From NCBI GenBank assembly GCA_977017645.1, contig OZ360223.1, forward strand, positions 47,554,001 through 47,618,000: DNA of 64,000 nt. Direction: 5' to 3'. The notes beneath the pieces are model-generated. The model did not search any database, was not told where the DNA came from, and saw only the letters and a list, made by a program, of their open reading frames with translations. Source of the stretch: Torpedo marmorata. Taxonomy: Eukaryota. This document shows positions 25,271 to 37,962 of the stretch, one piece after another. The position numbers and the translations under genes are program-made. The number at the start of each line of letters is the position of its first letter. Position 1 is the first letter of the stretch.

Positions 25271-26884
25271 CTTTATGCCCGCTTTGAGAAGAAGAACCAA
25301 ACAGTGCCTACTAGAATCCCTGAAAAGGCTGAGGACCCTGTGATATCTGTCTCTGAGGGCGACGTCAGAACATCATTCAAGAGGGTGAACCCTCGCAAGG
25401 CGTCAGGCCCTGACGGCATACCTGGCAGGGTACTGAAAATTTGCGCCAACGAACTAGCCGGAGTGTTCACGGACATTTTCAACCTCTCATTGCGGCAGTC
25501 AGAGGTTCCCTCCTGCTTCAAAAGGGCATCAATCATCCCGGTACCCAAGAAGAGTAGTGTGGGCTTCCTCAACGACTACCGCCCAGTAGCACTAACTTCT
25601 ACTGTGATGAAATGCTTTGAGAGGCTGGTCATGGCCAGAATTAACACGTACCTAAGCAAAGATCTGGACCCACTGCAATTCGCCTATCGTCACTATCGCT
25701 CCACAGCAGATGCAATATCGTTGGCTCTCCACTCAGCTCTGGATCACCTCGAAAACAGCAATTCATACATACGGTTGCTCTTCATCGACTACAGCTCAGC
25801 CTTCAATACCATTATTCCCTCAGTGCTGGTCAAGAAGCTACAAACTTTAGGCCTCTGTACCCCCCTCTGCAACTGGATCCTTGACTTTCTCATCGGAAGA
25901 CCACAGTCAGTACGAATTGGAAACAACGTCTCCTCCTCACTGATTATCAACACAGGCGCACCCCAAGGATGCGTGCTTAGTCCACTGCTCTACTCGTTAT
26001 ACACCCATGACTGTGTGGACAGGCACAATTCCAATGCCATCTACAAGTTTGCCGATGACACCACAGTTGTCGGCAGAATCACAAACGGCAATGAGGAAGT
26101 GTACAGGAGGGAGATAGATCAGCTCATTGAATGGTGTAATGGCAGCAACCTTGAGCTCAACGTCAGCAAAACCAAGGAGATGATTGTGGACTTCAGGAGG
26201 AAGTCAGGGGAACACGACCCAGTCCTCATCGAGGGCTCAGTAGTGGAGAGGGTCAAGAACTTCAAATTCCTGGGTGTCAACATCTCCGAGGATCTGTCCT
26301 GGAGCATCCACGTTGATGCAATCACAAAGAAGGCTCGTCAGCGGCTATACTTTGTGAGGTGTCTGCGGAGATTCGGTATGTCACCGAAGACTCTCGTAAA
26401 CTTCTACAGGTGTACCGTGGAGAGCATTCTGGCTGGTTGCATCACTGCCTGGTATGGAGGCGACAACTCCCAGGACAAGAGTAAACTCCAGAGGGTTGTT
26501 AACTCGGCCTGTGACATCACAGGCACCAAACCTCACTCCATCGATGACATCTACATGAGGCGGTGTCTTAAAAAAGCAGCCTCTATCCTCAAAGACCCCC
26601 ACCACCCAGGCCATGCCCTCTTCACTCTGCTTCCATGGGAAAAAGGTACAGGAGCCTAAAGACGAGCACTCAACGGCACAAGGACAGCTTCTTCCCCGCT
26701 GCCATCAGATTCCTGAATAATCAATGAACCAAAGACACTGCCTTACTTTTCGTGCACTATTATTTATAATTTTTTATAGTAATGTCGTAAGATGGTTAAT
26801 ATGAATGTTAATTGCACTATGATGCTGCCGCAAAACACCGAATTTCATGACTTGTTCATGACAATAAATTCTGATTCTGATTCT
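25271..26884 (+). mobile_element. Rex1/Babar LINE, 5'-truncated, RT frame open
   Basis: ORF 25196-26659 carries the full RT ([22 protein letters not shown]); the first ~25 codons are flanking DNA; (attctg)n tail. Confidence 0.95.
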
Positions 26885-27569
26885 TTAATTAGCAATGGCT
26901 GAAGTCTAAAGACAAGGAAATATGTCAGTTAGGAAAGGAAGGAACTGAGTGATAGAAGGTGAAAGTCAGAAACCTAAGCGACTTACTGACTTGTTCCTCA
27001 CTGCACTGAAAAAGACAACTGCTATGGATATAAATATCATGTATTTACATTCTAACCCGTGGGTCTACTGCATCTTGCGTCTGGTTTGGTTTGTTATTGA
27101 ACTGAATTGTCTGTTGTGACACTAAATTCACCACAGAACAAGATCATACTCCAGCAATTGTGACAGGACGTGCACCATAACAATCTAAAGTTGGGCTTAA
27201 CATTCCACTCAACAAAGGAAATAGAGCACAAAATTCAGCTAATTCACACGTGATAGTCTTTAAGACATGAAAATTTACTGGTGAGAAACATGCAAAACAT
27301 GCCACATTGCAAAGAAATTAATGTATTAATCAACAAGAACTGAGCACATCTCCCTCACTTGCTTTATTAGATGTCATGTTACTTGTTCCTTTATCCAAAC
27401 TATCAAATACAGTGCAATTCTTTACAATACATTGAAAGGAACAGTTCACATCGGAAACCAATTTGTTTTTCTCTGAGAACGTTGAAACACTGATATTGCC
27501 CTCATATTTACACACTACTTCAAGATTGCCTCAAGATTATGATGCAGTGAATTACTGCAAATTATAAAA

Positions 27570-27985
27570 TCATAGAATCATATAGTAAATAAACAGGTCC
27601 TTTGGCCCAACTCATCCATGCTGAGCTAGTCCCATTTGCCTGTATTTGGCCCTAAATCATCTCAATCCATGCACCTATCCAAATGTCTTTTAAGTGTTGT
27701 AATCTGTACAGCATCCTCTCGCAGCTTGTTCCCGATATGCACCACCCTCTTGGTAAAAATATTGTCAATCAGATCCCTTTCAAATATTTCCCCTCTCACC
27801 AATGCCCTCCAATTTGGGATTCCCCTACCCTGGGGAAAGACCATAATTATTTCCCCTATCTATGCCCCTCATGATTATATATACCTCTGCAAGCTCACAA
27901 CTTAGCCCCCTCCAGTCCAGGGTAAGAAGTGCTTGTCCATCCAGTCTCTCCTTGTAATTCAAGCCCCCCAGTCCCAGTAACATTA
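27570..27985 (-). mobile_element. CR1 3' fragment
   Basis: catagaatcatatag...aacaggtcctttggcccaac terminus; FTKRVVHIGNKL..FKRHLDRCM-like text on the minus strand. Confidence 0.8.
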
Positions 27986-30900
27986 AAATTATATTAAATA
28001 TTGAATATTAAATACCTGCGTGGACGAGTGTGTGCCCACGTGCAAATACAGGGTGTTCCCCGACCAGAAGCCCTGGATGAATCAGAGAATTCGCAACCTG
28101 CTGAGGGCAAGAACAAGTGCGTTTCAGGCCGGGGATCGGGATCTTACAAGAAGTCCAGGCACGACCTGCGGAAGGCCATCTCTGAAGCAAAGTGGCAATT
28201 TCGGAGGAAGTTAGAGACAGATACACGCCAACTATGGCAGGGAGTGCAGGCCATTACAGCCTACAAAGCGAGGGCGAACACTATAGACGGCTGTGATGCT
28301 TCACTACCCGATGAGCTGAACACCTTCTATGCCCACTTTGAAAAGAAGAACCAAACAGTGCCTACTAGAATCTCTGAAAAGGCTGAGGACCCTGTGATAT
28401 CTGTCTCTGAGGGCGATGTCAGAACATCATTCAAGAGGGTGAACCCTTGCAAGGCGTCAGGCCCTGACGGCGTACCTGACAGGGTACTGAAAATCTGCGC
28501 CAACCAACTAGCCAGAGTGTTCACGGACATTTTCAACTCTCATTGCAGCAGTCAGAGGTTCCCACCTGCTTCAAAAGGGCATTAATCATCTCGGTACCCA
28601 AGAAGAGGAGTGTGAGCTTCCTCAACGACTACCGCCCAGTAGCACTAACTTCTACTGTGATGAAATGCATTGAGAGGCTGGTCATGGCCAGAATTAACAC
28701 GTACCTAAGCAAAGATCTGGACCCACTGCAATTCACCTATCGTCACAATCGCTCCACAGCAGATGCAATATCGCTGGCTCTCCACTCAGCTCTGGATCAT
28801 CTCGAAAACAGCAATTTGTACATACGGCTGCTCTTCATCGACTACAGCTCAGCCTTCAATACCATTATTCCCTCAATGCTGGTCAAGAAGCTACAAACTC
28901 TAGGCCTCTGTACCCCCCTCTGCAACTGGATCCTTGACTTTCTCATCGGGAGACCACAGTCAGTACGTATTGGAAACAACATCTCCTCCTCACTGATTAT
29001 CAACACAGGCGCACCCCAAGAATGCATGCTTAGCCCACTGCTCTACTCGTTATTCACCCATGACTGCGTAGCCAGTGATGCACCATCAATAACTCCGAAA
29101 GACTAGAAGTTATGCAGGAACTGATAGGCTTTTATTCACATTGGAATGGGTGCACATTCCTGGTGGTTGTCTGTGCTGGACTGGGGAGGGAGCTGTGGCA
29201 CAATAGCCTTTATTCAGGGGTCTGTGGGAGGAGCCACAGGTACAGCCAGTAAGGGGCGTGTCCAAACGACCATAAACATATATACAGGTATATACAGTGG
29301 TTTACCACATTCACCCCTCCTTTTAAAAAAAGAGTCCTGCGGGGTGAAGTGAATTAAAGTTCTCACAGATTCAGTCTTTCAGGTGGTCTGGTCTGCCGCT
29401 GCGACCGTCGTAGTACCGGCTGCAGCGCAGCTGTTGCCTCCAGTCCTCAGTGGACCACCTGTATGATGTTGACGGCTCTGTCTTGGTGGATGAGTGGCGG
29501 CGAAGGATCTGGCAAGCCATCCCCGTGAGCTGGGTTCACTTGCCATGGTAAGGGTGCATCGTGGGTGGCAGTAGGTGGGGAGGGGGCAGGGCGGTTGTCA
29601 GTGGTGTCATGGACTCCTGAGGGCACCAGGTCCCGAACGGAGACTGTGTCCTCCCGCCCATCAGGGTACGTCACGTAGGCGTATTGGGGGTTGGCGTGGA
29701 GGAGATAGACCCTTTCGACCAGTGGGTCATGCTTATGGCTCCTCACAAGCCTCCGGAGTAGCACCAGCCCTGGGGACGTCAGCCAGGACGGTAACGTGGT
29801 CCCTGAAGCGGACTTTCTAGGAAAGAAAAACATTCTCTCATGTGGAGTGGCATTGGTGGCTGTGCACAAGAGTGATCTGATTGAATGGAGTGCCTCGGTG
29901 AGCACCTCTTGCCAGTGGGAGACTGGAAGACCTCTCGACCTTAGGGCTAGGAGGGTAGCCTTCCAAACGGTAGTGTTTTCCCTCTCCACCTGCCTGTTCC
30001 CTCGGGGATTATAACTGATGGTTCTACTCGTGGCGATGCCTCTGGCCAGCAGGTACTGACGCAGCTCATCGCTCATAAAAGAGGACCCCCGATCACTATG
30101 GATATAACAGGGGTACCCGAACAGGGTGAAAAGGTTACGTAGAACCTTGATGACTGTGGCCGTGGTCATGTCCGGGCAGGGGATGGCGAGCGGGAAACTT
30201 GAGTACTCGTCAATAATGTTGAGGAAGTACACGTTGCGGTCAGAGGAGGGAAGGGGTCCCTTGAAGTCGACGCTCAGGCGTTCAAAGGGGCGGGTGGCTT
30301 TTATCAGATGCGCTCTGTCTGGTTGGTAGAAGTGCGATTTGCACTCCGCACAGATCTGGCAGTTCCTGGTCATGGTCCAGACCTCCTCGATGGAGTAAGG
30401 TAGGTTGCAGGCTTTTATGAAATGGAAGAATCTGGTAACCCCGGGGTGGCAGAGGTCGCTGTGGAGGGTTTGTAGGCGGTCTATTTGTGCGCTGGCACAT
30501 GTTCTGCAGGAAAGGGCATCTGGGGGCTCATTGAATTTACCGGGCCGGTACAAGAAATCGTAATTGTAGGTGGAAAGTTCGATTCTCCACCTCAGAATCT
30601 TGACATTCTTTATTTTACCTCGCTGCTGGTTATTGAACATAAACGCAACTGAACGTTAGTCAGTTAGCAAGGTGAATCGTTTTCCGATGAGGTAGTGCCT
30701 CCAGTGCTGCACCGCCTCAACAATGGCTTGGGCCTACTTCTCGACAGAGGAGTGTCGGATTTCTGGGCCCTGGAGGGTGCGGGAAAAGAAAGCTACGGGT
30801 CTGCCCGCTTGGTTGAGGGTGACGGCCAGGGAGAAATCGGACGCATCGCTCTCCACCTGGAACGGGGTGGATTCGTCCACAGCGTGCATCTCGGCCTTGG

Positions 30901-31949
30901 TGATGTCCGCCTTGAAGCGGCTGAAGGCCGCATGGGCCTCTGACGTCAGGGGAAAAGAGGTGAATTTTTTCGAGGGTGCGGGCCTTGTCCGCATAATTGG
31001 GGACCCACTGGGCATAATATGAAAAGAAGCCCAGGTACCTTTTCAGGGCTTTGAGGCTGTGGGGAAGTGCGAGTTCAAACAGGCGGCGCATGCGGTCTGG
31101 ATTTAGGCCAATTACTCCATCCTGTACGACGCAGCCAAGGATAGCCAGGCGTGTTGTGCCAAAGACGCATTTATCCTTATAAGTAAGGTTGAGGAGCTTG
31201 GCGGTCTGAAGGAATTTTTGGAGGTTGGCTTCATGATCCTGTTGGTCATGGCCTCAAATTGTAATATTATCCAGATACGGGAATGTGGCCTGCAGCCCAT
31301 GCTGGTCAACCATGCGGTCCATCTCCCACTGGAAGTCCGAGACCCCATTGGTGACACAAAAGGGAACCCTCAAAAAATTATAGAAGCGGCCGTCTGCCTC
31401 GAAGGCAGTGTATTGGCGGTCCACCGGTAGGATGGGGAGTTGGTGGTATGCCGACTTTAAGTCGATGGTGGAGAACACCCGGTATTGGGCGATTTGGTTC
31501 ACCATGTCGGCTATGCGGGGGAGGGGGTATGCGTCCAGCTGCGTATATCGGTTGATGGTCTGACTTTAATCGATGACCATCCTGTTCTTCTCCCCATTCT
31601 TTACCACCACCACTTGGGCTCTCCAGGGGCTGGTGCTGGCTTCAATGATCCCCTCCTTCAACAGCCGCTGCACCTCCGACCTGATAATGGCCCTGTCCCC
31701 GGCACTGTATCGCCTACTTTTGGTGGCCACGGGTTTGTAGTCGGGGGTAAGGTTAGCGAACAGCAGTGGGGGGGGTGATCCGGAGGGTAGAAAGGCCACA
31801 GGTCATGATCGGTGGGTCGCTGGCTGGACGCAATTGGAGGGGGAACCGGGGAGCTACTGTGGGTGAGTTGCGATGGGCGGTTTACAAACTGCGGATTACA
31901 GACGGTAAGAGGGGGATGGGGCCCATCATACTCCAACGTCACACATTTT

Positions 31950-32032
31950 AAAAAAAATATTTTATTTTCATTTTTAACAAACAATAAAACAAAATACCGG
32001 TACTTCAAAAACAGATATCACATTATATGTGC
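31950..32032 (-). mobile_element. Tiny L1-type 3' tail inserted in the Gypsy protease/RT junction
   Basis: AT-rich insert ending aaaataaaatatttttttt on the minus strand, like the L1 tails at 45790 and 47740; interrupts the CHLK..VTLEY frame; flanked by ttttaa. Confidence 0.65.
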
Positions 32033-32419
32033 TTTTAAGGTGACATTGGAAGTCTAGCCCCAGTAGCACGTTCGCACAGAGCTGTGACATGACAAGTAAT
32101 TTAAAAAGTTTATACTCTGTGCCCAGCACAGTCAGGGTCACTACACAGTAACCGTGGATCTCTGCTGTGTGGGACTTGGAAGCCATGGAGAATTTGTGGC
32201 TTACTGGCATTACCGCAAGGTGGTAACGCTGTACCGTGTCAGGGTGTATAAAACTCCCCGTGCTCCCACTATTGAAGAGGCAGCTCATCTTGTGGCCATC
32301 CACCTCAATGTCCAATATCGATCTGGCCAGTTGATGGGAGCACCCTTGATCCAGTGTGACTGAGGCCAGTACTGAGTCGTTGTCGGGTTCTGTGGAGGTG
32401 ATGCGGTGTTCAGGTGTCT

Positions 32420-32595
32420 GAGATGGCGCCATTCAAGATGGCGGCCCCCATGGTTTGCCCGTGGCGCTGCTGAGTTGGGAAGATGGCGTCGTCCAAGATG
32501 GCGGCCCCCATGTTTCGCACGCGGCGCTGCTGAGTTGCGAAGATTGCTGCGCCCAAGATGGCGGCGACCTTTGCTCACACGCGGCGCTGCTGGGT
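32420..32595. repeat. Three 60-bp tandem repeats in the Gypsy gag-protease linker
   Basis: caagatggcggc...gcggcgctgctg units at 60-nt spacing, encoding SSAA(C/T)..GPPSW on the minus strand. Confidence 0.85.
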
Positions 32596-33768
32596 CTAGA
32601 GGGCAGTTTGGACTTGCAGACTTTTGCGTAGTGTCCCTCCTTCTCGCAGCTAGCGCAGACCACATCTTTCGCCGGGCAGCGTTTCCGGGGGTGCTTATCC
32701 AGCCCACAGAAGTAGCACTTCTGCTGATCGTGGATCATAGTAGCCGTGGTTGAGTCGCTTTCGGAATGTGGTGGTGTTCCACAGGCTTGTGGCCCTCCCG
32801 CATCCCAAGACGGCAGCGCCTTTGGCAACCACGATGCGGCCGCGCTATCGGCAGAGTACGCGTCCATATTTTGGAGGGCCACTTCTAGCGTGCCCGTTAG
32901 GTCCACAGCCCTCTGCAAGTCGAGCTCACCTTGCTCCAACAGTCTCTGCCTTATGTAGTTTGATCGGCAACGTAGGCGTCTCTTATGAGGTCCTCTGTGT
33001 ACGTCGCGGCCGTAACGGCCTTGCAGCTACAGGCCCGTAGGTACTCGTCGCTCGATTCCCCAAGTCGCTGTTTTCGAGTAGCCAGGAGATGTCTGGCATA
33101 GACTTCATTTACCTTCTTCAGGTACTGGCCTCTCAGCGTGTCACAATAACCTTTATTCAGGGGTCTGTGGGAGGAGCCACAGGTACAGCCAGTAAGGGGC
33201 GTGTCCAGATGACCATAAACATATATACAGGTATTTACAGTTGTCGGCAGAATCACAAACGGCAATGAGGAAGTACAGGAGTGAGAGAGATCAGCTCGTT
33301 GAATGGTGTAACAGCAACAACCTTGCGCTCAACGTCAGCAAAACCAAGGAAATGATTGTGGACTTCAGGAGGAAGTCAGGAGAACACAACCCAGTCCTCA
33401 TCGAGGGCTCAGTAGTGGAGAGGGTCAATAACTTCAAATTCCTGGGTGTCAACATCTCCGAGGATCTGTCCTGGAGCCTCCACGTTGATGCAATCACAAA
33501 GAAGGCTCACCAGTGGCTATACTTTGTGAGGTGTTTGAGGAGATTCACCGAAGACTCTCGTAAACTTCTACAGGTGTACCATGGAGAGCATTTTGGCTGA
33601 TTGCATCACTGCCTGGTATGGAGATGCCAACTCTCAGGAAAAGAATAAACTCCAGAGGGTTGTTAACTCGGCCTGTGACATCACAGGCACCAGACTTCAC
33701 TCCATCGAGGACATCTACATGAGGCGGTGTCTTAAAAAACCAGCCTCTGTCCTCAAAGACCCCCACCA

Positions 33769-34765
33769 GTTTGGGGTTAGTTGGGTTAGGCTTGTGGTTA
33801 GGGTTAGGGTTAGGTTGTCAATATGCGGACAGCAGGATGATTATCCCTCTTGTGTTCACTGGCCTCCCCTCTCAGAGATTCTGTGTCACTATAAACTGCC
33901 ACTTTTGGTTGATCCATGCTTTCATTATCCTGTACCTGTTTCTAGCTTTTTTGGTGGGATCAGTGCCATGCTTCTTCTCCGGTACTTATTGTGCCTTTTG
34001 GTATGTCCTGGGTTGAGACCATTCTCTGTCTAGTGGGTGACCTTATATTTATCCCTTAGGATTAGGGTTCGGTGTGGGATTTGGGATGGAGTTAGGTGTG
34101 AGATTAGGGTTAGGTTTATTTGGGGGGTTATGGTTTGGGTTAGGCTTGGGGTAGGGGGGTTGAGGTTGGGGTTATTTGGGGAGTTCAGATTGGGGTTAGT
34201 TGGGGGGTTAGGGTTAGGTTCTGGGTTGTGTTTGGGCTATGGTTTGTGATTGGGGTTAGGTTTAGTTGGGTGCTTCAGGTTAGGGTTAGTTGGGGGGTTC
34301 AGGGTTGGGTTAGTTGGGGATTTAGGCTTAGTGTTTGGGTTGGGGCTGCTGTAGGTGTTGGGGTTGGGGTAAGGCTTGAGTTTGGGGTTAGTTGGGGAGT
34401 TCTGGTTGGGGTTAGTTGGGGGGTTAGGGTTAGGTATTGGGTTGGGGTATGGGTTGGAATTGAGGTTACCACCGAATGTCTCAGATGGTGTCATCTCCTT
34501 GTTCACCCCTGGTGAGGGGGGTCTCCTTGTTCACCCCTGGTGAGGGGGTCTGGAATAACTTCACTCAAGTTAGTGTCGATCACTACAACTTGTCTTCACT
34601 AGTTTCACGGCACTATTTAGATTCTGGTTATTTCTATGTTGCTTCTCGTTTCGCTGTGGCTGGAAGTCGCCACTCCTTTCGCTTCATCAGGGGTCAAAGA
34701 GGTTGAAAAGCCCACGAGTCTGTGTTTTTAAGGGCTATCCATTCTCTCCTCCCTTTGGAGGGGCT
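33769..34765 (-). mobile_element. Unclassified ~1 kb insertion with degenerate (TTAGGG)-like repeats and a hammerhead fold
   Basis: Interrupts Rex1 at cacca|gccat with loss of 5 bp (cccag) and no TSD; degenerate ggttag/ggttgg arrays at 33769-33815 and ~34055-34468. Confidence 0.8.
34645..34718 (-). ncRNA. Type III hammerhead ribozyme-like fold (cleavage-site nucleotide abnormal)
   Basis: Minus strand: CUCGU-ggg(cuuu)ucaa-ccucu-uugaccc-CUGAUGA-a-gc..guggc-gacuucca-gccac..gc-GAAAC-GAG. All three stems pair by eye; the triplet reads GUG or lacks H17. Confidence 0.7.
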
Positions 34766-35070
34766 GCCATGCCCTCTTCACTCTGCTACCATCGGGAAAA
34801 AAGTACAGGAGCCTAAAGACGAGCACTCAACGGCACAAGGATGGCTTCTTCCCCGCTGCCATCAGATTCCTGAATAATCAATGAACCAAAGACACTGCCT
34901 TACTTTTTGTGCACTATTATTTATATATTTTTATAGTAATGTCATAAGATGGTTATAATGTTTGCACTGTGATGCTGCCGCAAAACACTGAATTTCATGA
35001 CTTGTTCATGACAATAAATTCTGATTCTGATTATATTTTTGAGTCTCATCACTGTTTTTTTTCAACAATA

Positions 35071-37473
35071 TTTTTTTTTTTTTTTATTATTTTATTTAAA
35101 TTTTTTAAATCACATAATACATAATTCAAAATCCAAAATATATAATTCCAAAATACAGTGATATAAATTTCCTCCCCCCACTCCCTCCCACCCCTCCCCA
35201 ACCCCCCAGTCCCACTATACTAAAAATAAAATAGATAAAGAAAAATAAAGAGAAAAAGAAAAAGAGATTAATAATGAGGAGAGAGCCATCTAAAAACTAA
35301 TTCTAATCTGGAGGTTAAACTCGCCAATAGACCTAGTTCCCAAAAAATTTCAAATCCTCAAACCCATAACCCTCATGTATGGGCTCCAAATTTTTAAAAA
35401 TAAATGATATTTATTCCGTAAATTATAGGTAATTTTTTCCAAAGGAATACATGAACGAAGTTCTGCATGCCATCTATCTAAATTCAAATCTAAATCTGAT
35501 TTCCAAGTAATAGCGATACATTTTTTTGAAACCGCTAAAACAATACGTAAAAACTCTACCTGATACATATTCAATCTGTTCCTAATACTAAATTTTCTAA
35601 TATCTCCAAATAAAAATAACATAGGGTCCAATAAAAACCTAACATTGAAAACTCTTTCTAAAAAATCCTTAACTTTAAACCAAAAATCTTGAATCTTAGG
35701 ACATGACCATGTAGAATGAACAAAAGAACCTACTTCATTCTTACATCTAAAACACAAATCTGACAATGCCGGATTAAATTTCTTTAGTTTTTTTGGTGTT
35801 AAGTATAATTGATGAAAAAAATTATATTGTACCAATCTATACCTAACATTAATAACTTTAGTCATACTTAACTTACATAAATCCTCCCAATGTTTTTGAT
35901 CTATACTAATATTTAAATCTAATTCCCATCTTAATCTTGATTTATGTAACCCTACTTTAGGCATTTTTTTCTGAAGTAATTTATACATTTGAGAAATAAA
36001 CTTATTAATATTTGTTTTAGTAATTAATAATTCCAACTCATTATATCTTGGAGTAATCAAATTATCTCCTAATTTCTCAACTAGAAAAGCTTTAATCTGA
36101 TAATAGACTAACCATGTATTATCTAATATATCAAATTTTTCTTTCAGTCTTTGAAATGTAACAAATCTTCCAGCTTCAAAACAATCTTTAAAATTTTTAA
36201 TACCTTTTTGAAACCATATTTTTAATAATTGATTATTCATAGAAAACGGTAAAAGTGGATTTTGATATATTGGCATATTTAATGAAATCTTACCTTTCCC
36301 ACCTATTCTTTTATCTACCTCTGTCCATATATCCAATAAATGTTTAATAATCGGTGAATTTTTCTTTTTAACTGATAATAATTTAGAATTCCACTTATAA
36401 ATAATATCCTCCTTATAATTTTCTCCGATATTATTTAATTCTATATTAATCCAAGCAGAAGTTTTAACTAAATCAAAAAATTCATTAACAAATTTTAATT
36501 GAGCTGCTTTATAATAATATTGAAAATTAGGGAGTTGCATACCTCCCATCTCATAACTCCATGTTAACTTCTCCATACTCACTCTTGCTAACTTCCCTTT
36601 CCATAAAAATTTCCTAACTATAAATTTTAAATCTTTAAAAAATTTTTTTGGAATTCCAAAAGGAATTGATTGGAAAAGATATTGAATTCTTGGAAAAATA
36701 TTCATCTTAATACAATTTACTCTCCCCATTAAAGTTATAGGTAAATCTTTCCAATTTTCCAAATCTTTCTTTATTTTTGTAAGTAAAGGTACATAATTTA
36801 ATTTATATAAATTCTCTAATTTTGTATCTACTTTTACTCCCAAATATTTAATTCCTTCTTTTGCCCATTTAAATTCCGTAACTTCTTTACATCTAGTATA
36901 ATCACCTTGAGATAAAGCCATTATTTCACTTTTATCCGCATTAATTTTATATCCAGAAATTTCACCATATTCTGTTAATATAATAGCTAAATGTTGAAGT
37001 GATGAAACTGATTTTGTCATATATATTAATACATCATCTGCAAACAAACTAATCTTATGCTCTTCTATACCAACTTTAATCCCCACTATATTAGGATCTG
37101 TCCTAATCAATTCAGCTACAGGTTCTATTGCCAAAACAAATAAAGCTGGTGATAAGGGACAACCCTGTCTTGTAGAACGCGTTAAAGAAAATTTTGACGA
37201 TATTTGTCCATTTGTAATTACTTTAGCTGTAGGTTCCTTATATATAGTTTTAATCCAATTTATAAAAGTATTCCCAAAACCAAATTTTTCTAATACCTTA
37301 AATAAAAAATTCCATTCTAATCTATCAAAAGCCTTTTCTGCATCCAACGTAATCACCAATGGTAAATCTTGTTTCTTTTTATGAAAATTAATTAAACTTA
37401 ATAATCTAGCTATATTATCTTTAGAGTATCTATTTTTAATAAAACCAGCTTGATCTGGATGTATCAAATTTGG
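35071..37473 (-). mobile_element. L1/Tx1-clade LINE, 5'-truncated, ORF2 RT and C-terminus open
   Basis: DQAGFI, LDAEKAFD, TRQGCPLSP, LFADD, CFRC..H.TWSC; poly(A) tail; TSD tttttcaacaata (35058-35070/37474-37486). Confidence 0.96.
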
Positions 37474-37962
37474 TTTTTCAACAATATTTAACAGTTTTTG
37501 AACTAACGAACATGGCCATAATTCAGTTGTGTTGGATGCAATATGGCATGCATACTTTTCACACAATCACAGCATTGACCATGCTCAATTAAGATGAAGC
37601 AGAGCTTTTTTTTTTTTGATTGCCATGAGTTATTTTCCTTGGTACATCAGACAGGAATTAAATACAAGGATGTAATTATTAAGGTGCACAATTTTTCAAA
37701 GTCAAGTCAGTGCTCGCAAACAGCAGGAACTTTTATTCTACGTTTTGGTGGACTTCAGACGCATTCCCTAATGCAAAGGATAGTGTCCTGATATGGAATT
37801 TTTAAAATGTTTTTGTCAATCAAAATCTCCAACCTTTTCACTGAATGTTTCATTCATTTACTATTATCTTTCAGTCACAGTAATCTAGACTCTCCATAAA
37901 CCCTGTAAACATATAGTTAGGTCTTACTTTTATTTTCTATATATCACCCCACTAGATGATTA

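Larger units (their letters stand above)
29076..33240 (-). mobile_element. Gypsy (Metaviridae) LTR retrotransposon, decayed
   Basis: 3' LTR 29076-29309 (TG...CA), PPT aaaaggaggggtgaa at 29310-29324, partial 5' LTR 33142-33240. Minus-strand order: gag (CYFC..H..C, CASC..H..C), PR (LFNSGS), RT (YLDN), RH (ESDAS), IN (HPG..CQIC, SVDFKGP, HSDRG). Confidence 0.95.
28015..35033 (+). mobile_element. Rex1/Babar LINE split into three pieces (28015-29075, 33241-33768, 34766-35033) by a Gypsy and a telomere-like insert
   Basis: The pieces are colinear with and nearly identical to the 25271-26884 copy, extend further 5' (FPDQKPWMN), and end in (attctg)n. Confidence 0.92.

Noticed and set aside
32420-32595. 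CRISPR-like repeat/spacer appearance
   Set aside because: Eukaryotic DNA, no cas genes; these are in-frame tandem coding repeats.
33769-34468. True telomere or chromosome-fusion site
   Set aside because: Repeats are highly degenerate, in one orientation, and embedded in a continuous Rex1 copy.
34745-34765. Helitron 3' end
   Set aside because: A hairpin is present, but there is no CTRR terminus, 5' TC or A/T target site.
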